The notes under the pieces: model-generated
What the model saw: only the letters and a program-made list of their open reading frames with translations
What the model was told of the DNA's origin: nothing
Databases searched by the model: none
Assembly: GCF_009914755.1 (NCBI RefSeq)
Contig: NC_060931.1
Reading direction: 5' to 3' (one strand)
DNA length: 64,000 nucleotides
Source of the DNA: the human T2T-CHM13v2.0 reference genome, Homo sapiens
In this document: in pieces, positions 25,240 to 44,262 of the stretch
Layout: each line of letters starts with the position of its first letter
Position numbering within the stretch: position 1 is the stretch's first letter
Made by a program: the position numbers and the translations under genes

Positions 25240-27170
25240 TTTTTTGGTGCGCAATTGTATTTTAATGCATTTATATTGATATAACACCACAATCAAAATA
25301 CAGACTAGTTCTATTACACCGCAGAACTTTTTCTTCTGCTTTTTTTTTTTTCTAGTCAAACCATCTCTCCATTACTCAATCTAGCAACTACTGCTCTTGT
25401 CCCTGTCTTTACAGATTTCTCTTTCCCAGAATGTTATTAAGTAAAATCATATAGTATGTAACTGTTTGAGACTGGCTTCCTTCATTCAACAGAAACTGCC
25501 TTTGAGATTCATCTATATTGTTGCATGTGTTGATGATTTATTTTTTTTATAGCTAAGCAGTATTCCATTGTATGGATGTATCTATGGATGAGAGTTTGTA
25601 TGATGCACTTATCCATTGGAATACCTTTGGACTGTTTTTAATTTCTAATGATTATTAATAGAGTTGCTATAAACATTCATGTACAGGTTCCCAAACCTAA
25701 GTTTTTGTATCTCCAGGGTAAATAATAAGGAATCGATTTGTTGACTCAAATGGTAAGTATAAGTTTAAGTTTACCTAAAACCACCAATCTGTTTTCCTGA
25801 ATAGCTGTACATTTTTCATTTGCACTAGCAATGTGTGAAATATCTACGTGTTCTGAATCCTTGCTAGCACTTGGTTTTGTCAGTTTATTTTGTTTGTTTG
25901 TTTTAGCGGTTCTACTAGGTATGTCATAGGACTTGGTGTGTCACTGTGCTTTTAACTGGCATTACTCTAATGCTAATATGATATTGAGCATCTTTTCATG
26001 TGCTTATTTGCCATCCCTATATCTCTTTTGGTAAAGTGTCTGTTGAAAATGTTTGCCTGCTACCCGTTTTTTATTGCTTTTTTTTTTTTTTTTTACTGTG
26101 GAGTTTAACTGTTACATATTCAGAATGTAAGTACTTTGGTGGATATATGATTTTAAAATACACCTGAACGTTATTTGCAGATTCCATAGTGCACATTGGT
26201 CTGCTCACTAAAACTTAATAATAACTCCAAGTTAATACTCTCACCATCTTTTTGCAGTAATTCACAGGCATGCAAAGAGTGGTAAAACATTTGTGTTGCC
26301 TAGCATTCCTCACCAAGGTTGAATAAGGTGACACTTTGCTTTCTTGCTTCAGCTCTCATAGTAAAGCATCCTTTTTGCAGCGTACTTAATTACATATTTT
26401 TCACTCTTTTTTTTTTTTTTTTGGAATTCAGTCATTTAGAATGGCCCCGAACATAGTGCTGAAGTGCCGTCTAGTGATCTCGAGCACAAGAAGGCTGTGA
26501 TGTGCCTTACAGAAAAAATGTTATGAGTTAGACAAGGTTCATTCAGGCGTGACTTTAGAGCTGTTGGCCGTGAATTCAATGTTAAAGAGCAAACAATACT
26601 TATTAAATAAGGCATATTTAAACAGAAACAAACATATAACAAGGATGTGTATTGATCAGTTAATGAAAATATTGTGACCAGAGAATTAACCATGTATTTC
26701 CTCCAGAAGCAATTATTCGGTACTCACCAATTCATTGTTCATGGTACTTTATAGCACATAACCAGCGCAAATAACAAGAAGCGACTGTGCTTTCTCCCAG
26801 TCTAGAGCTTGTCTTATCAGTCTCTGAAAAATGTCTTTCAGAAAGCAAATTTAAAAATTTACAAGAAAGTTTTAAATTCTCATAAAATCCAGCTTAGGTT
26901 TTATTTTCTCTGTGGATCAAGCTTTTAGTGCCATACATAAAAACACTGCTTAAATCAATGTCAGGAAAATGTTCACTTATGTTTTATTCAAAAAATTTAT
27001 AGTTTGAAATTTTTTGTTTAGATGTATCTATTTTGAGTTAATATTTTATATAGGGTGTGAGATTTAGATTGAGGTGTTCTGACTGATTTATATAAAATTG
27101 TTCCAATACCATGTGTTCAAAGGACAGTCCTTACTTTATTGAAATGTCTTTGCAACTTAAATCAACTAGT
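25240..27170 (-). mobile_element. Old L1M fragments (antisense), interrupted by a Tigger-type element
   Basis: Antisense L1 3' motifs ('tattccattgtatggatgta', 'tgagcatcttttcatgtgcttatttgccatc', 'ttttgagttaatattttatatagggtgtgag'). Confidence 0.75.
26160..26788 (+). mobile_element. TcMar-Tigger non-autonomous DNA transposon (MER82-like)
   Basis: 'gtgctgaagtgccgtctagtg...cacaagaaggctgtgatgtgccttacag'. Degenerate TIRs 'gttatttgcag' / 'gcgcaaataacaagaagcgactg'. Confidence 0.7.
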
Positions 27171-27171
27171 A

Positions 27172-29910
27172 GACTTCCAGTTTCAACCCTGACATATATA
27201 GAGCTTGAAAGTTGTCACTCCTACCCTTACATCGTGAAAAAGAAGGATAAACTGAAAATCAAGACTTTCCTTGGACCCATCAGACAACTGAGGTTGTAGG
27301 ACAAACCTCCACCCTGAAATCTGGAGAGACAGACACATCCAGAGAGACACAGCCAAGATCCGCTTACCTTGGAGTCATAATCTGATAGAAATATTTTATG
27401 GTCATTTTAATGAATTGCTGGAGATGGAGTGTGGACTGGTGTGATATGAGAAACTACTGGAGGTCATAGTCATAGGGCAGCCTCCAGGAATCACAGCATG
27501 TTATATGATGAAGATCCAAGAAAGATTCCTTGTGGCTCTAGCAGAGAAAGGAAGTATTAATCATTCTGAAGTATTCTGAGAACCTTCTCCATAATAAAGG
27601 CCTAATCTCTGGGAGAAAAGACTGGGCTGTAGTTTACCCCAAGGTATTATTCCCACTTCAGCCCTCCTTCCAGGCTTCCTGTCTCACCAAAGAGAGGGGA
27701 GAAGACATAGTCAATAGGCGTCAGGGCTTCAAGAAAATTGTTTGGAAATGCTGCAGTTAGTCTCAGAAATGAAAGAAGGGTCACCACTACAGATTTCACT
27801 GACATTAAAATTATAACAAAGTTATACTATGAACACTCTATGTCCATACATTTGATAGCTTAAATGAAATGAATAAATGTCTTGAAAAACATACCCAAAG
27901 AGAAAGCAATAACCTCAGTAGCCCTAAGTATATTAAGGAAATTTAACCAATAATTAATAACCTTCCAAAATAAAACACCAGGCCCAGTTGGTTTCACTGG
28001 TGAATTTTAACAAACATTTAGTCAGAAATAATACTAATTCTCCACAATGTCTTCCATAAAAAATAAGCATAAAGAATACTCTTATTCTATGAGGCCAGTG
28101 TTACCCTAATTTCAAAGCCAGATAGAGACCTAACATAATAGAAAAACTACAGACCAGTATCTCTAATGAACATATACTCAAAAATCTTCAACTAAATATT
28201 AGCAAGTTGAATCTAATAATATAAAAAGATACACCTGGATGAAGTGGGATTTATTCAATATGGACAAGCCTTGTTCAACATTAAAAACCATTCAACATAA
28301 TCTGACTTGTCAAAGGATATAAAAGAAAAAGGATATAATCATACACTGATGCAGGAAAAACGTTTGAAAAAAATCCAATTCATGATAAAATTTTTAAGCA
28401 AACTAAGAATAGAGAAAATTTTCTAAAATTTTTTTGCTAGAAAAAATAAGAGTTATGCAAAAAAAAAAATCTACATACCACCATTCTGAAACAAGCCTCT
28501 TTTTGAAACAATTAATACTTAATGTTGAAAGACTGAATGCTTTTTCCCTAAGTTTGGGAAAATGTAAGGATGTCCTTTCACAGCAGTCATAGTCAGCGTC
28601 ATAAGGGAAGCTCTATTTAGAGCACTAAAATAAGAAAGAAAAGGTATGCATATTGAAAAAAGCTGTTTTTATTTGGAAATGACATGATTGCCTATGCAGA
28701 AATTTCAAATAATCTACGCAATAATTTCTGCAACCAATAGGTTAATACAGCAAGGTCACAGATTATAAAGTGAATATATAAAAGCCACTTTCTTATCTAT
28801 ACACCATCAGTGAACATTGGAACTTAAAATTAAACAATACATTTACAATAGTGCCAGAAATGAAATACTTGTAGATATAATTCTAACTAAGTATGAATAC
28901 CATCTGAATGCAGAAACTGCAAAACATTGAATGAAGAAATCATAGATATAAGTAAATTGAGAGATATTCTATATTAATGAATTTGAAGGTGTAATATTAC
29001 TGAGATGTTAAATCTTCATTTAATGGAATTCTAATAAAATTCCCATCAAGTTAAGATTTTTTTAAAAGCCTCTCAATGAACAAATTGGGCAAAAGATCTA
29101 AATAGACACCTCTCCAAAGAGATAGACGGATGGCAAATAAGCTTATGAAAAGATACTCAATATACATTAGGGATATACAAATTAAAACAACCATGAGATA
29201 TGACTGCACACATTAAAATGTCTAAAATAAAATAAAATAAAAACCCTGACAATACTAATTACTGATAAGGTTGCAGAGCAACAGAAAGTCCATTGCTGAT
29301 GTGAATGTAAAATGGTACAACAAATTTGGAAGACAGCTTGACAGTTTCTTACAAAGTAAAATGTAGCCTTATTATGCAATTTAGCAGTTTTCTTCTAGGT
29401 ATTTAGTCAATTGATTTGAAATGTTGTTAGGAGCTTTATTCATAATTGCCAAACTGAAAGGAGCCAAATCTCCTTCAAAAGGTGAAATAAACTTCCATTC
29501 AGTGGAATAGTACTCAGCAATAAAAAGGAATGAGCTATCAAGCCATGAAAATACATGTATTCATTTTAAATGCATATTGCCAAATAAAAGAAAGCATTCT
29601 GAAAGGCTATATATATTGTATGATTTGGTTATTTGCCATTCATGAACTGTCAAAACTGTAGAGATGACAAAAATATTAGTGGCTAAGAGAGGCTTAGAAC
29701 AAGAGGAAGAGTTAAGTAAGTGAAGCACCATGCATTTTTTTGAGCAATGTCACTATTTTTATGACACCATAATGATGGATACAAAATACTATGTATTTGT
29801 CAAAACTCACAGAACTTTACAGCAAAAAGAGAGGCTTAAATATGCAAATTTCTTTAAAAATTATTTAAGAGGTCATAGGACTCCTAGGATGAAATTTAGA
29901 ATGTAACAGT
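27172..29910 (+). mobile_element. Internally deleted L1M (L1MD/MC-like) 5'UTR, ORF2 and 3'UTR pieces
   Basis: L1M 5' end 'gacttccagtttc'. ORF2 motifs 'ccaggcccagttggtttcactggtgaatt' and 'ttctatgaggccagtgttaccctaat'. L1MC-like 3' end. Confidence 0.7.
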
Positions 29911-31690
29911 AGCTCTGTCATCTTATTATTTCTTTACCATTTGTTCTCTTTATTCTTTGTTTCTCTGTTTCCTAGCTTCTGCCTTATTTTGAATTATTTG
30001 AATAATTTTTAATATTCCACTTCAGCTATATCTCTTCGAATAGTTTTTCATAGTGGTTGCTCTAGGAATTAAAATAGACATGGTTAACTTTTCATCATCT
30101 ACTCTGAATTAATATTTTAATTTAAAGGGAATGTAGAAACCTTATCATATTGATAGGTCCCTTTATTCTGCTTCATTTGTCTTGCAGGTATCATAAGTGT
30201 TGCACATATATACACTGAAGCACCATCATATATATTTTATAGAACTTTAGAGGAGAAATATTATCTATCGTATTTACCCCGATGTTTGCCATTTTCATTG
30301 TTCTCCCTTTATTCTTAAAATTCTTTCTCTCTAGTAGCAATTCCCTTTCATCTAAAGATCTTTTAGTATTTCTTTAAGAGTAAGTCTGCTATTAACAAAT
30401 TCCCTCAGCTTTTCTCAATCTGAGAAGGTATTTATTTATCTTTCAATATTTTAAAATCTTTTTCCTCTTGTTCAGATTAGATCATTTATATTAATCTGTC
30501 TTTAAGTGTACTGATTTCCTCTGTCATCTTCATTCTGCTGTCAAGCATACAGTGAAATTGTTTTCACTTGTAATTTTCAGTTCCAAAATGTCCATTTGGT
30601 TTCTTTCTATATCTTTCTCTGCTGAGACTTTCCAGCTTTCCATTCATTTCAGGTGTGTTCAATGTACTTACTTTTTGGAACATGGCTATAATAGCTATTT
30701 TACAATCCTAGTCTAATAATTTCAATTGCTATGTGTTGGTATTTATTGTATTTTACCTAGCAACATGCTGAGATTTTCCTGGTTCTTATATATTGAACAA
30801 TTTTGGATTATATCTTGGGTCTTTTGAATATTATATGACTCTGGGTTTTATTTTAGTCCTATGGAAAAATACTCATTTATTTATTTACTTGCTTGTTTGG
30901 GCATGAAATTGGCTTGTGAGATTAAAGCAGCAAGTTTATACCTGCTTTCTGTGGGCTGTAGTTTCAATGTTAGTTCAATTTCAAATGCAACACGATAGCT
31001 ACTATGAGACGTGGATGGCAGTCTAAATTCATAGTTCAGTTCTTGAATCCTTCTACACACTGTTTAGAGTCAAATTTGAAAATAGTTACAGGGCAAGGAC
31101 AAAAGCAAATACAAAACTTTAGAGTATTGCTTTCTTGAGCTCTCTCCTCTCTATACTCTCCCAGTGGTTTCTAACTCCCAGAGGCCCTTCTCACTGATCC
31201 TCTTCATAAAAAGCTGTGGCTTTAGTTTCCTACTGTGTCATGCATTCCTGAAAATGTGTCTGCATCCAGAGCCAAGTGGTGAGAGGGTAAAGAGAGAAAA
31301 ATAAATTATTGGACATTCTCCCCTCTTGAGATCAGATTCTCTGGTCAACGATAAAACGCCACTCTCTTAAGTTTTAGGCTGTTGACTACTCACTGATGCT
31401 GTTGCTGCCATTGCTGCTACAGGATTACTTGGAAGGTGGCGCCAAAAGTAACACACACACAAAAAAGAAGAAAATTGTCCCACTCTCGTTGACTCACAGG
31501 GGCCTCCTTTCCTGCTCATCGGATGGCCTAGAAATAGGTTCCTTTGGAACTCTTTCTGTCTGCACCCAGTGTACATTTCTTGACTGCTTTTAAGTTTAGG
31601 TCAGAAGATACTGGGGGAAAAAATGAGAAACTCACTATTGGTTGTATGGTATATTACTTTCTAGTTTCCTTTGCCAATTCACTGGTTGAC
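29911..31690 (-). mobile_element. Old L1M antisense 5'-region fragments
   Basis: Antisense ORF1-region motifs ('gtctgctattaacaaattccctcagctttt', 'ttcagttccaaaatgtccatttggtttcttt'). Confidence 0.55.
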
Positions 31691-32242
31691 AATAACCAGA
31701 AGCACCTCTAAAAAGTATTAAATGTAATTATTTTTCATGTGATAGCATTTTAGTTAATGTATATTGTGAAAGACTTTGGAGTGTACTTCAAGAGCTCCTT
31801 CATCTGTGTGATGACTCTAGGGATAAAATGGAATTAGATAGACATAAGGTGGAAGGGATAATTATTTTCTGAGAAAAAAATATTGCACTGAATTTCCAAA
31901 TATATTAAGAACTTAGCAATGAAATATTAATAAACAAAATAAATCAGTTGATCTGTGATTTATAGTTAGAAACACTAATTGAAACGAAATAGCATCAAAC
32001 AAATGAAGAACTGAGTTTCCAAATAAAAATCAGAAAGGGTAGGAAGCTCTCATCAAGCATATTAGCATTTATATTTGTTGATTTTTAAAGTTCTTTTGAT
32101 TATTCTGCTATAGGAATGACTGTTTATATTATATAATATACAAAAGATGCAAGCAAGAAGAAGAGAAGGTAAAATGGTACATGTACATGGGAATGATGTG
32201 GAAAAGTTAATTTGATTAAAAAAGAGACAGTATCATAAATTA

Positions 32243-32825
32243 TTTCAACCATTGTGGAAGACAGTGTGGCTATTCCTTAAAGACCTACAGAAACACCATT
32301 TGACCCAGCAATCCCATTAATGGATATATACCCAAAGGGATATAAAAAATTCTATTATAAAGACACACAGACGTGTATGTTCATTGCAGCACTATTCATA
32401 ATAGCAAAGACATGGAATCAACCTAAATGCCCATCAATGATAGAATAAAGAAAATGTGATACATATGCACCATGGACTACTATGCAGCCATAAAAAAGAA
32501 TGACATCATGGCCTTTGCAGTGACATGGATGGAGCTGCAGACCATTATCCTTAGCAAACTAATGCAGGAACAGAAAACCAAACACCACATGCTCTCACTT
32601 ATAAGTGTGAGCTAAATGATGACAACACATAGACACATAGAGGGGAACAACACACACTGGGGCCTGTCAGTGGGTGAAGGGTGGAAGGAGGGGGAGGATC
32701 AGGAAGAATAACTAATGGGTACCAGGCTTAATACCTGGGTGACAAAATAATCTGTACAACAAACCTCCAAGACACAAGTTCACCCATGTAACAAACCTGC
32801 ACTCATACCCCTGAACTTAAAAAAG
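32243..32825 (+). mobile_element. 5'-truncated L1PA (L1PA13-16-like) 3' end
   Basis: 'ttcaaccattgtggaagacagtgtgg...tctgtacaacaaacc...ccctgaacttaaaaaa'. Confidence 0.88.
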
Positions 32826-33845
32826 AAGATATGAAAAAGTAAGAGGAGTTAGGAGACAAGAACCATGAGAAAGATATTATTACTACTCCCTGTGTGGATT
32901 GTAAAATTGGAATGTTTATTTTAATTCTCTACAGGAGCAAAAAATTAAAAAATAATGAATACATTTTTCTAAATGGGGATATGAGAAATTAAAGTTCCTC
33001 ATTAATGTTCTCTTATTTCCACTCATTAGTAACATTAAGAAGGCCCAGGATACTTTCCTTTCTTTAGTCTCATTCTATTCATAGAAAACTTGAGCTATTA
33101 GAACTTGTTACCTGGTTACCTCTAGAAAAAATTATATGATGTCTTATTAAGTTTATTTCAGATTTTAAAAAGGATAAAAATGCAGTTGACTTATTACAAA
33201 TAAAATCACTTCTTCTATGAGATAACTTTAATCCAATTACATTTATCCTTGTGTTTTATGTAATGATCTATGTACATTTTTTGCTCAATTTTATACTATT
33301 ATAATCAATTTTACTCTGCCTTAATTTGTACATCTTCAAGTTATTCTGAGGTTACTTTGCCATCCATTTAACAGTCATGAAGTCCTATTATTGAGTTATT
33401 ACATTACTTTAATCTTGCTTAAATCTGTCTGGTCCTTAATTATTTCTCTTCTCAAAATAATCTTCAATTTGTCAGCTAGGCCCATAGTTTTATATATACT
33501 ATTATACTTTTTACCATAATAGCATGGCTTTAACTTTTAACTATAATAAGTACTTGAAAGTTTTAAAGATATTTTTCTTATTGACTTTTAGGATTGGACA
33601 TAGTTTGCATTAGAAAAACCATGAGCACAATTGCCAAAAAACATTGGCCATAATACTTCTCTCTTCCACATTCATTATATCACACATTTAGAATTTGAAT
33701 GACAAATAATTGGAACTGAAATATAATAATGTAACAGACCAGCTGTCCTGCAGCGTTAAAATAGAGTGAGGAAGAATACAACTATAAACACTGTTTCCTC
33801 TTTCGAAATAACTCATTTATCCTTCACTTTAGAAAGCATAAAATA

Positions 33846-34438
33846 TAGTAGTCCCCTTTTATCTGTGGTTTTGCTTTATCTGATTTCAGTTACTTGTGGT
33901 CAACCAGTCTGAAAACATTGTATGGAAAATTTCAGTAATAAATACCTCATAAGTTTTAAATTGTGCACCATTTTTAGTAGCTTGATGAAATCTCACACTG
34001 TTCTGTTCTGTCTTTTCTTGATCCCAAGAAGGGTAGGCCATGTGCAGTGGCTCATGCTTCTAATTCCAGCAATTTGGAAAGCCAACGCTGGAGGATCGCT
34101 TGAGCCCAGGAGTTCAAGGCTGCTTTGAGCTATGATCACATCCCTGCACTCCAGCCTGGGTAATAGAGCAAGACCCTCTCTCTTAAACAAGGAAACAAAC
34201 AAAAACAAACAAAAAACTAGAAGGAAGTGCAGTACAATAAGATATTTTGAGGGAGACACCATATTTATATAACTCTTATTACAGTACTCTTATTACAAAT
34301 TGAACTTTATCATAGGCATGTATGTATAGGAAAATACATAGTATGTGTATATATATATATATATAGGGTTTGGCAGTATCCACAATTTCAGGCATTCACT
34401 GGGAGCTTTGGAATATATCCCTCATGGGGACTACTGTA
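33846..34438 (+). mobile_element. MER44 (Tigger7-derived) interrupted by an Alu monomer
   Basis: TIRs 'tagtagtccccttttatc' / 'ggggactactgta'. Confidence 0.8.
34036..34215 (+). mobile_element. FLAM/AluJ left monomer
   Basis: 'ggccatgtgcagtggctcatgc...ggatcgcttgagcccaggagttcaagg...cactccagcctggg' plus an A-rich tail. Confidence 0.88.
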
Positions 34439-34916
34439 TTTTTATAATATTTACTAACTCAATTGCTGACTAATTCATAATAAAAACCATTGTTCATCTG
34501 CTCCCCGTCCCATATACATACCTGTTTTATGTGTTTTTTGGGTTTGGTGTTTAAAAGACTAAACTAAATCTTACTAAGGTAGAGTTCCTTAGGTTCTTTG
34601 AGAAATGTATTAAATATTTTATGAAAGTAACGTCATAGTGACTTCCAGATTTACTCTAAAAAATCTTGCCCATTTTGTGAGAAAGGTGACATAATCGGCT
34701 GTCCAAAGATGGGTCTCTACTATGAAGGAAAGTGAACCAATCTGCGTAATTTGGCCATTGTGGTGAGCAAAACGGACCATTGCTCAAAAGATTTTCTTTA
34801 GTTCAAGAGTTTCTTTGTAGAGGAGGAGACAATGTAAGGACCATCCGTTAATCATACTTATAGCCTTCTTGGCACTCAACAGAACACCTGCAAATAGTAG
34901 GCATTTAATGCACAGG

Positions 34917-35239
<323 letters not shown>

Positions 35240-38200
35240 TAAAGTTTAAAAATAAAATGTAATACAAACCTTCTTCTCTCATCAAAATCATCCATTTAAC
35301 TTGGCCACTGTGTTATAAAATAGGGAAAAGAAAAAACAAGAGGTAGGAAAGATGTTATAGTTTCAAATTACTGAATAAATAAGATCCATTCATATCTAGA
35401 ACAGGGTAGGTATAAGTCTAAATATTCTCCTCAAATAGTGAACATGCTACATACAAGTGTATCTTCACAGTGCCCATATGCAGCTGAGTAATCACTAAAT
35501 TCAGCCTTGTTCAAATGAGGGAGAAGAGTGGTATCTTACTTATTCTAGCTGTGCATATCTATCAGAAATCTGAGCAACTTTCTATCATACTTAAAACAAT
35601 ATTTTGAAAGCCTGCTTAAACAATTCAACAAGCTTACTTCATCAACATGTCAAGTCTTTACTATATCCAGTCATTAGCAATAGTAAAGAGCTCTTTGGTT
35701 GAAAGAAATGGAACCCCTTCAAAAAGGCCCAAGTTAATAGGATGTTTATCACAAAGAGAAAAATGATCTCATGGAACACAACAGCAAGCAATATTGCTAG
35801 GCCTTCAATGAAGTAGATGTTTGCCTGGCAGTTAGCCTCTCACACTCTATCCTTGTGAAAAGATACAATGTATCATTTTCTCATAGACGATGCTCTCTTG
35901 CAAAGTTCTAGATTTTACTTTTTAGTGATTGTAGCTTGCACCAGAAGAATCTGGTTGGCTCTTTTTCTGACATTCTCTCTTCTCTCCATAAATTTACAGT
36001 TCCAGTTTCCAACAGAAATATAACATGGTGTTTCAGTCTATGTTTTTATATCCCAACATTTTTGGAAAGAGAACATGGTTATTCCAGCTTGGGTCATTGT
36101 TCATCCATGATCAAATCAATACGACTAGAAAACTGTAGTTGTATGATACAAAGGTTGCCCTTCTTAGGACTATGGGCCAGAACTGGGTTAAAAAGGATGT
36201 AAATGCTAAGAGAGGAAATTCATTTCTAGTTACATCTAAAGTGCATTTCCCTTGCCACTTACCAGTAATGAGGATTTTAAATTACACACACACACATTAC
36301 CTTATGCTACTAACTCACATGCTTTTATTGCAGTACTGGACTTCCAGGCTAGGTATTTTTAGAGATTTTTTAGTATTATATATGTCTGAGAATAAAAAGA
36401 AAGCACACCTGGAATCAATAATTTAAACTTACTGGAAGATAAAATAACCAAAAATTAACATCTGGAAACTACTACATCATCTGTCAAACAGGAATGATAC
36501 TATTTGATCTCATTATGGCATATGAGTTGAAAACCTATGAATATATTCTTTTTTTGTAATTTGAAACCAAAATAGATAAGGCATATTACATGTGCCACTT
36601 AATACACAAACATTTAAAATACTGTTTTCTAATTAAGTCTTCAGTTATCCTTGATATAATTGATCATCAAATAATTATTAAGCAAACAACAGTACTTCTT
36701 TCAAAATAGTTTCTTTAGATTATTGGACATGGTTGAATAATGTCAAACGTACAAAGATATAAAATGAAATCAACTTGCTCTGAACTCATCATATCTCATT
36801 CTCCGTCTTGCTCTCTCTGCTATAGTCACACAAAAATTATTGTTGCTCTTGTTATCTTTCAGAAATATGAAACCCAGGCCACTCCTCATGTCTTTGAGCC
36901 TCTTCATTGACTGTGTCCTCACTTTGAAATTCTCTTCCTCTAGAATCTATTTCTTTCAAGTATTTGCTCTGATTTCACCTTCTAGTGAGGCCTTTACTCA
37001 CTACCGTTTTTACAATTGCAATTGTTACCCTCACCACACTGACATATCTTTTGCCACTTTTTTTTTTTTTTTTTTTTTGCCTCCACAACATTTATCATCA
37101 TCTGGCATACTACCTACTTAGTTCTTTTTTGTTCTCCTCCTGCTTCTAAAATATATGCTGCATTGGCAGGCAATGTTGTCTGTTTTGTTTCCCTAATAAG
37201 TGCTCAAATCAGAGTTTATCACATGGTTGACATCCAATAAATATTGATTGCATGACTGAATGGCTCAGAAGAAAAAGAAAACACAAACAAAAAACCAAAA
37301 ATCTCCAACAATCACAAGGCAAATGGCTCTTTAATGTGAGGGTACGTTCACATTTACCTCACAAAATAACTTGGGGCCACCAGAGACTATTAAGTCTAGG
37401 CCTTAATGTACATTATCATGTGACATCAAATAGGCTGTGTAGCCTGAAACCAAAATTAACAGAAAATAAATTTTTAAGTTTTAAAAGCTATGCATATGAA
37501 CATGATAAATTACAAGCAAAGCTCTTTCATTTTATCAGAATTATAAAGATGTCTCAAAGAAAAATGGATAGAAACTCTTCAGTTATGATTTGTAGAACCA
37601 TAATGTTCTCTGTTTGAGGTTAGATCAGTCAGTTTTATGACTTCAGTTGTTTCTGTCTATAAACTATTTGGGAAAAATCCAAAGCTCACTTTGGAATGCA
37701 CGTGAAGAGATTTTACTTACTACTCCAATGTTCTCTCTTCTCTTCTCAAGTCATAGGTGTTCTTACAACTAATAGATTGAGGAGGAAAAAAAAATACATA
37801 GAAAATACATTTTAAAATGTAAGTCTTACTACACACATAATCACTTTCAAGACATTAGAAAAATGTCAGAAATAAAGTTGGCTTTAGTCTTTTCTTTTTC
37901 TTCTTCTTTTTTAAAATTCGTGCTTAGATCCCCTCCAGTTCAAGTCTGCCTGCCTTTGAAGTGTTAATAATTGTGGACGTTTTGGAAACTAAGGAGAAGT
38001 TTTCACCATTCGTTTTTTTAAATGTGTTGGCAGTACAGGTTTTATAAATTTTGAAATAAATCAAACTAAAATGTAGAGACAGTTAACAAAGAAACCCAAA
38101 TTTAGGCTAAGAGCACATATTATTTCTTTTTTGCTGTCACATGGATTGGTAAAATGTATACAATCTCTAATGCTTGGCTGGAGGAAACAATACCTCAGCT

Positions 38201-38413
38201 TTTTTAAAGATCTGACTGCACCCACAACTCAGGCACTTTGGCAGCACCCTTTGTTTTCATTTGTTTGTATTGTATGGAGCAATAAACAGTGTGCCAGTAC
38301 CCCAGGCTATAGTATCTATGGTAACTTAAAAAATTGGATCGGAGACTGGAATAAACTTTGCTGCGTCAGGGCTGGCAATAATTAATCAGTGATTTAAAAA
38401 ATAAATGGCTTCT

Positions 38414-38728
38414 GGCTGGGCAGGGTGGCTCAAGTCTGCAATCCCAGCTCTTTGGGAGGCCGAGGCAGGCGCATCGTGAGGTCAGGAGTTCAAGACCAGC
38501 CTGGCCAACATGGTGAAACCCCATCTCTACTAAAAATACAAAAATTAGCTGAGTGTGGTGGTGGGCACCTGTAGTCCCAGCTACTCAGGAGGCTGAGACA
38601 GGAGAATCGCTTGAACCCAGGAGGCGGAGAGATTGCAGTGAGCTGAGATGGTGCCACTGCACTCCAGCCTGGGCAACAGTGTGAGACTCTGTCTGTAAAT
38701 AAATAAATAAATAAATAAATAAATACAT
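38414..38728 (+). mobile_element. AluS with (TAAA)n tail
   Basis: Full dimer. TSD aaataaatggcttct on both sides. Confidence 0.95.
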
Positions 38729-38742
38729 AAATAAATGGCTTC

Positions 38743-39100
38743 TGATATGGTTTGGATGAATCCCCACTCAGATCTCATCCTGAATTCCCACTTGTTGTGG
38801 GAGGGACCTGGTGAGAGGAAATTGAATCACAGGGGCAGGTCTTTCTCATGCTGTTCTCATGATAGTGAATAAGTCTCATGAAATTTGATGGTTATATAGA
38901 AATGGGAGTTTCCCTGCACAAGCTGTCTCTCTCTTTGCCTGCTGCCTTCTATGTAAGATGTTACTTGCTCCTCCTTGCCTTCCACCATGATTGTGAGGCC
39001 TCCCCATCTATATGGAACTGTAAGTTCAATAAACAGCTTTCTTTTGTAATTGCATGGTCTCCATTTGTCTTTATCTGCAGCATGAAAACAAACGAATACA
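38743..39100 (+). mobile_element. THE1 (THE1B-like) MaLR solo LTR
   Basis: TGATATGGTTTGG...AACGAATACA, 358 bp, perfect 5-bp TSD GCTTC. Confidence 0.93.
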
Positions 39101-40066
39101 GCTTCCTTCCCATGTTTTTTAATTTATGATTTTTAAAAGGAGGAAATGGATGATCATGTATTTCATATTATAAAATACAAACTTCTATCACTATAAATAA
39201 GTTTATAAATGCCTCTCCCAGTCCTCCCACCAGTTACGACCCCTTGTACATATTACCTTTAGGTCATGAAAACAGAACATACATCAGTCAAGTTGATGTT
39301 CCCAACTTGACTGATACATTGAGCAACAGCCTCAGCTTGCAATTTGCTGGTAGATTCTGGTGCTATATTTACATGGAGTAGGATGACTCTCCATTACTTT
39401 ATAATGTTCCTACTACTATCTTGTGCCTTTTCTCGCTCAATGGAAGATGTAACTCAGTCAAGAACCCTATGAAGAAAGAAAACACACAAAAAGAAAATTT
39501 CATCATTTCAAAATGATTATTAGGATGAAAATAATATGTATATTTGGTACCTGGGATAGAAGTCATGTTTTGGAATGTGTTCCAAGTAATAATAATTCCT
39601 CTTTTGGGGGGGAATTGTTCTCACCTTTTAACCCCTCTTTCATAAATCTGGATATCAGACAGTCATCTTAGTAATACGAGCAGTGAATCCATCCCCAAAT
39701 TGGCCTGGATTCTCCCACCTGGGGATCTGCAATTGGTACTGAGAGCCAAAGAATTAATCTCCATGTGATTGGAACTGCAAAGTGACTGTATGGAATACAT
39801 ATGAAAGACTGAGAGAAACTACTGATGCTTTCCAATAACTCTTTTTTTTAAAAATTTTTTTTATTATACTTTAATAAATGTGTACATGTGCACATTGTGC
39901 AGGTTAGTTACATATGTATACATGTGCCATGCTGGTGCGCTGCACCCACTAACTCGTCATCTAGCATTAGGTATATCTCCCGATGCTATCCCTCCCCCCT
40001 CCCCCCACCCCACAACAGTCCCCAGAGTGTGATATTCCCCTTCCTGTGTCCATGTGATCTCCTTGT

Positions 40067-44199
<4,133 letters not shown>

Positions 44200-44262
44200 T
44201 ATGATGTTAGCTGGTTGTTTTGCTCGTTAGTTGATGCAGTTTCTTCCTAGTCTCGATGGTCT

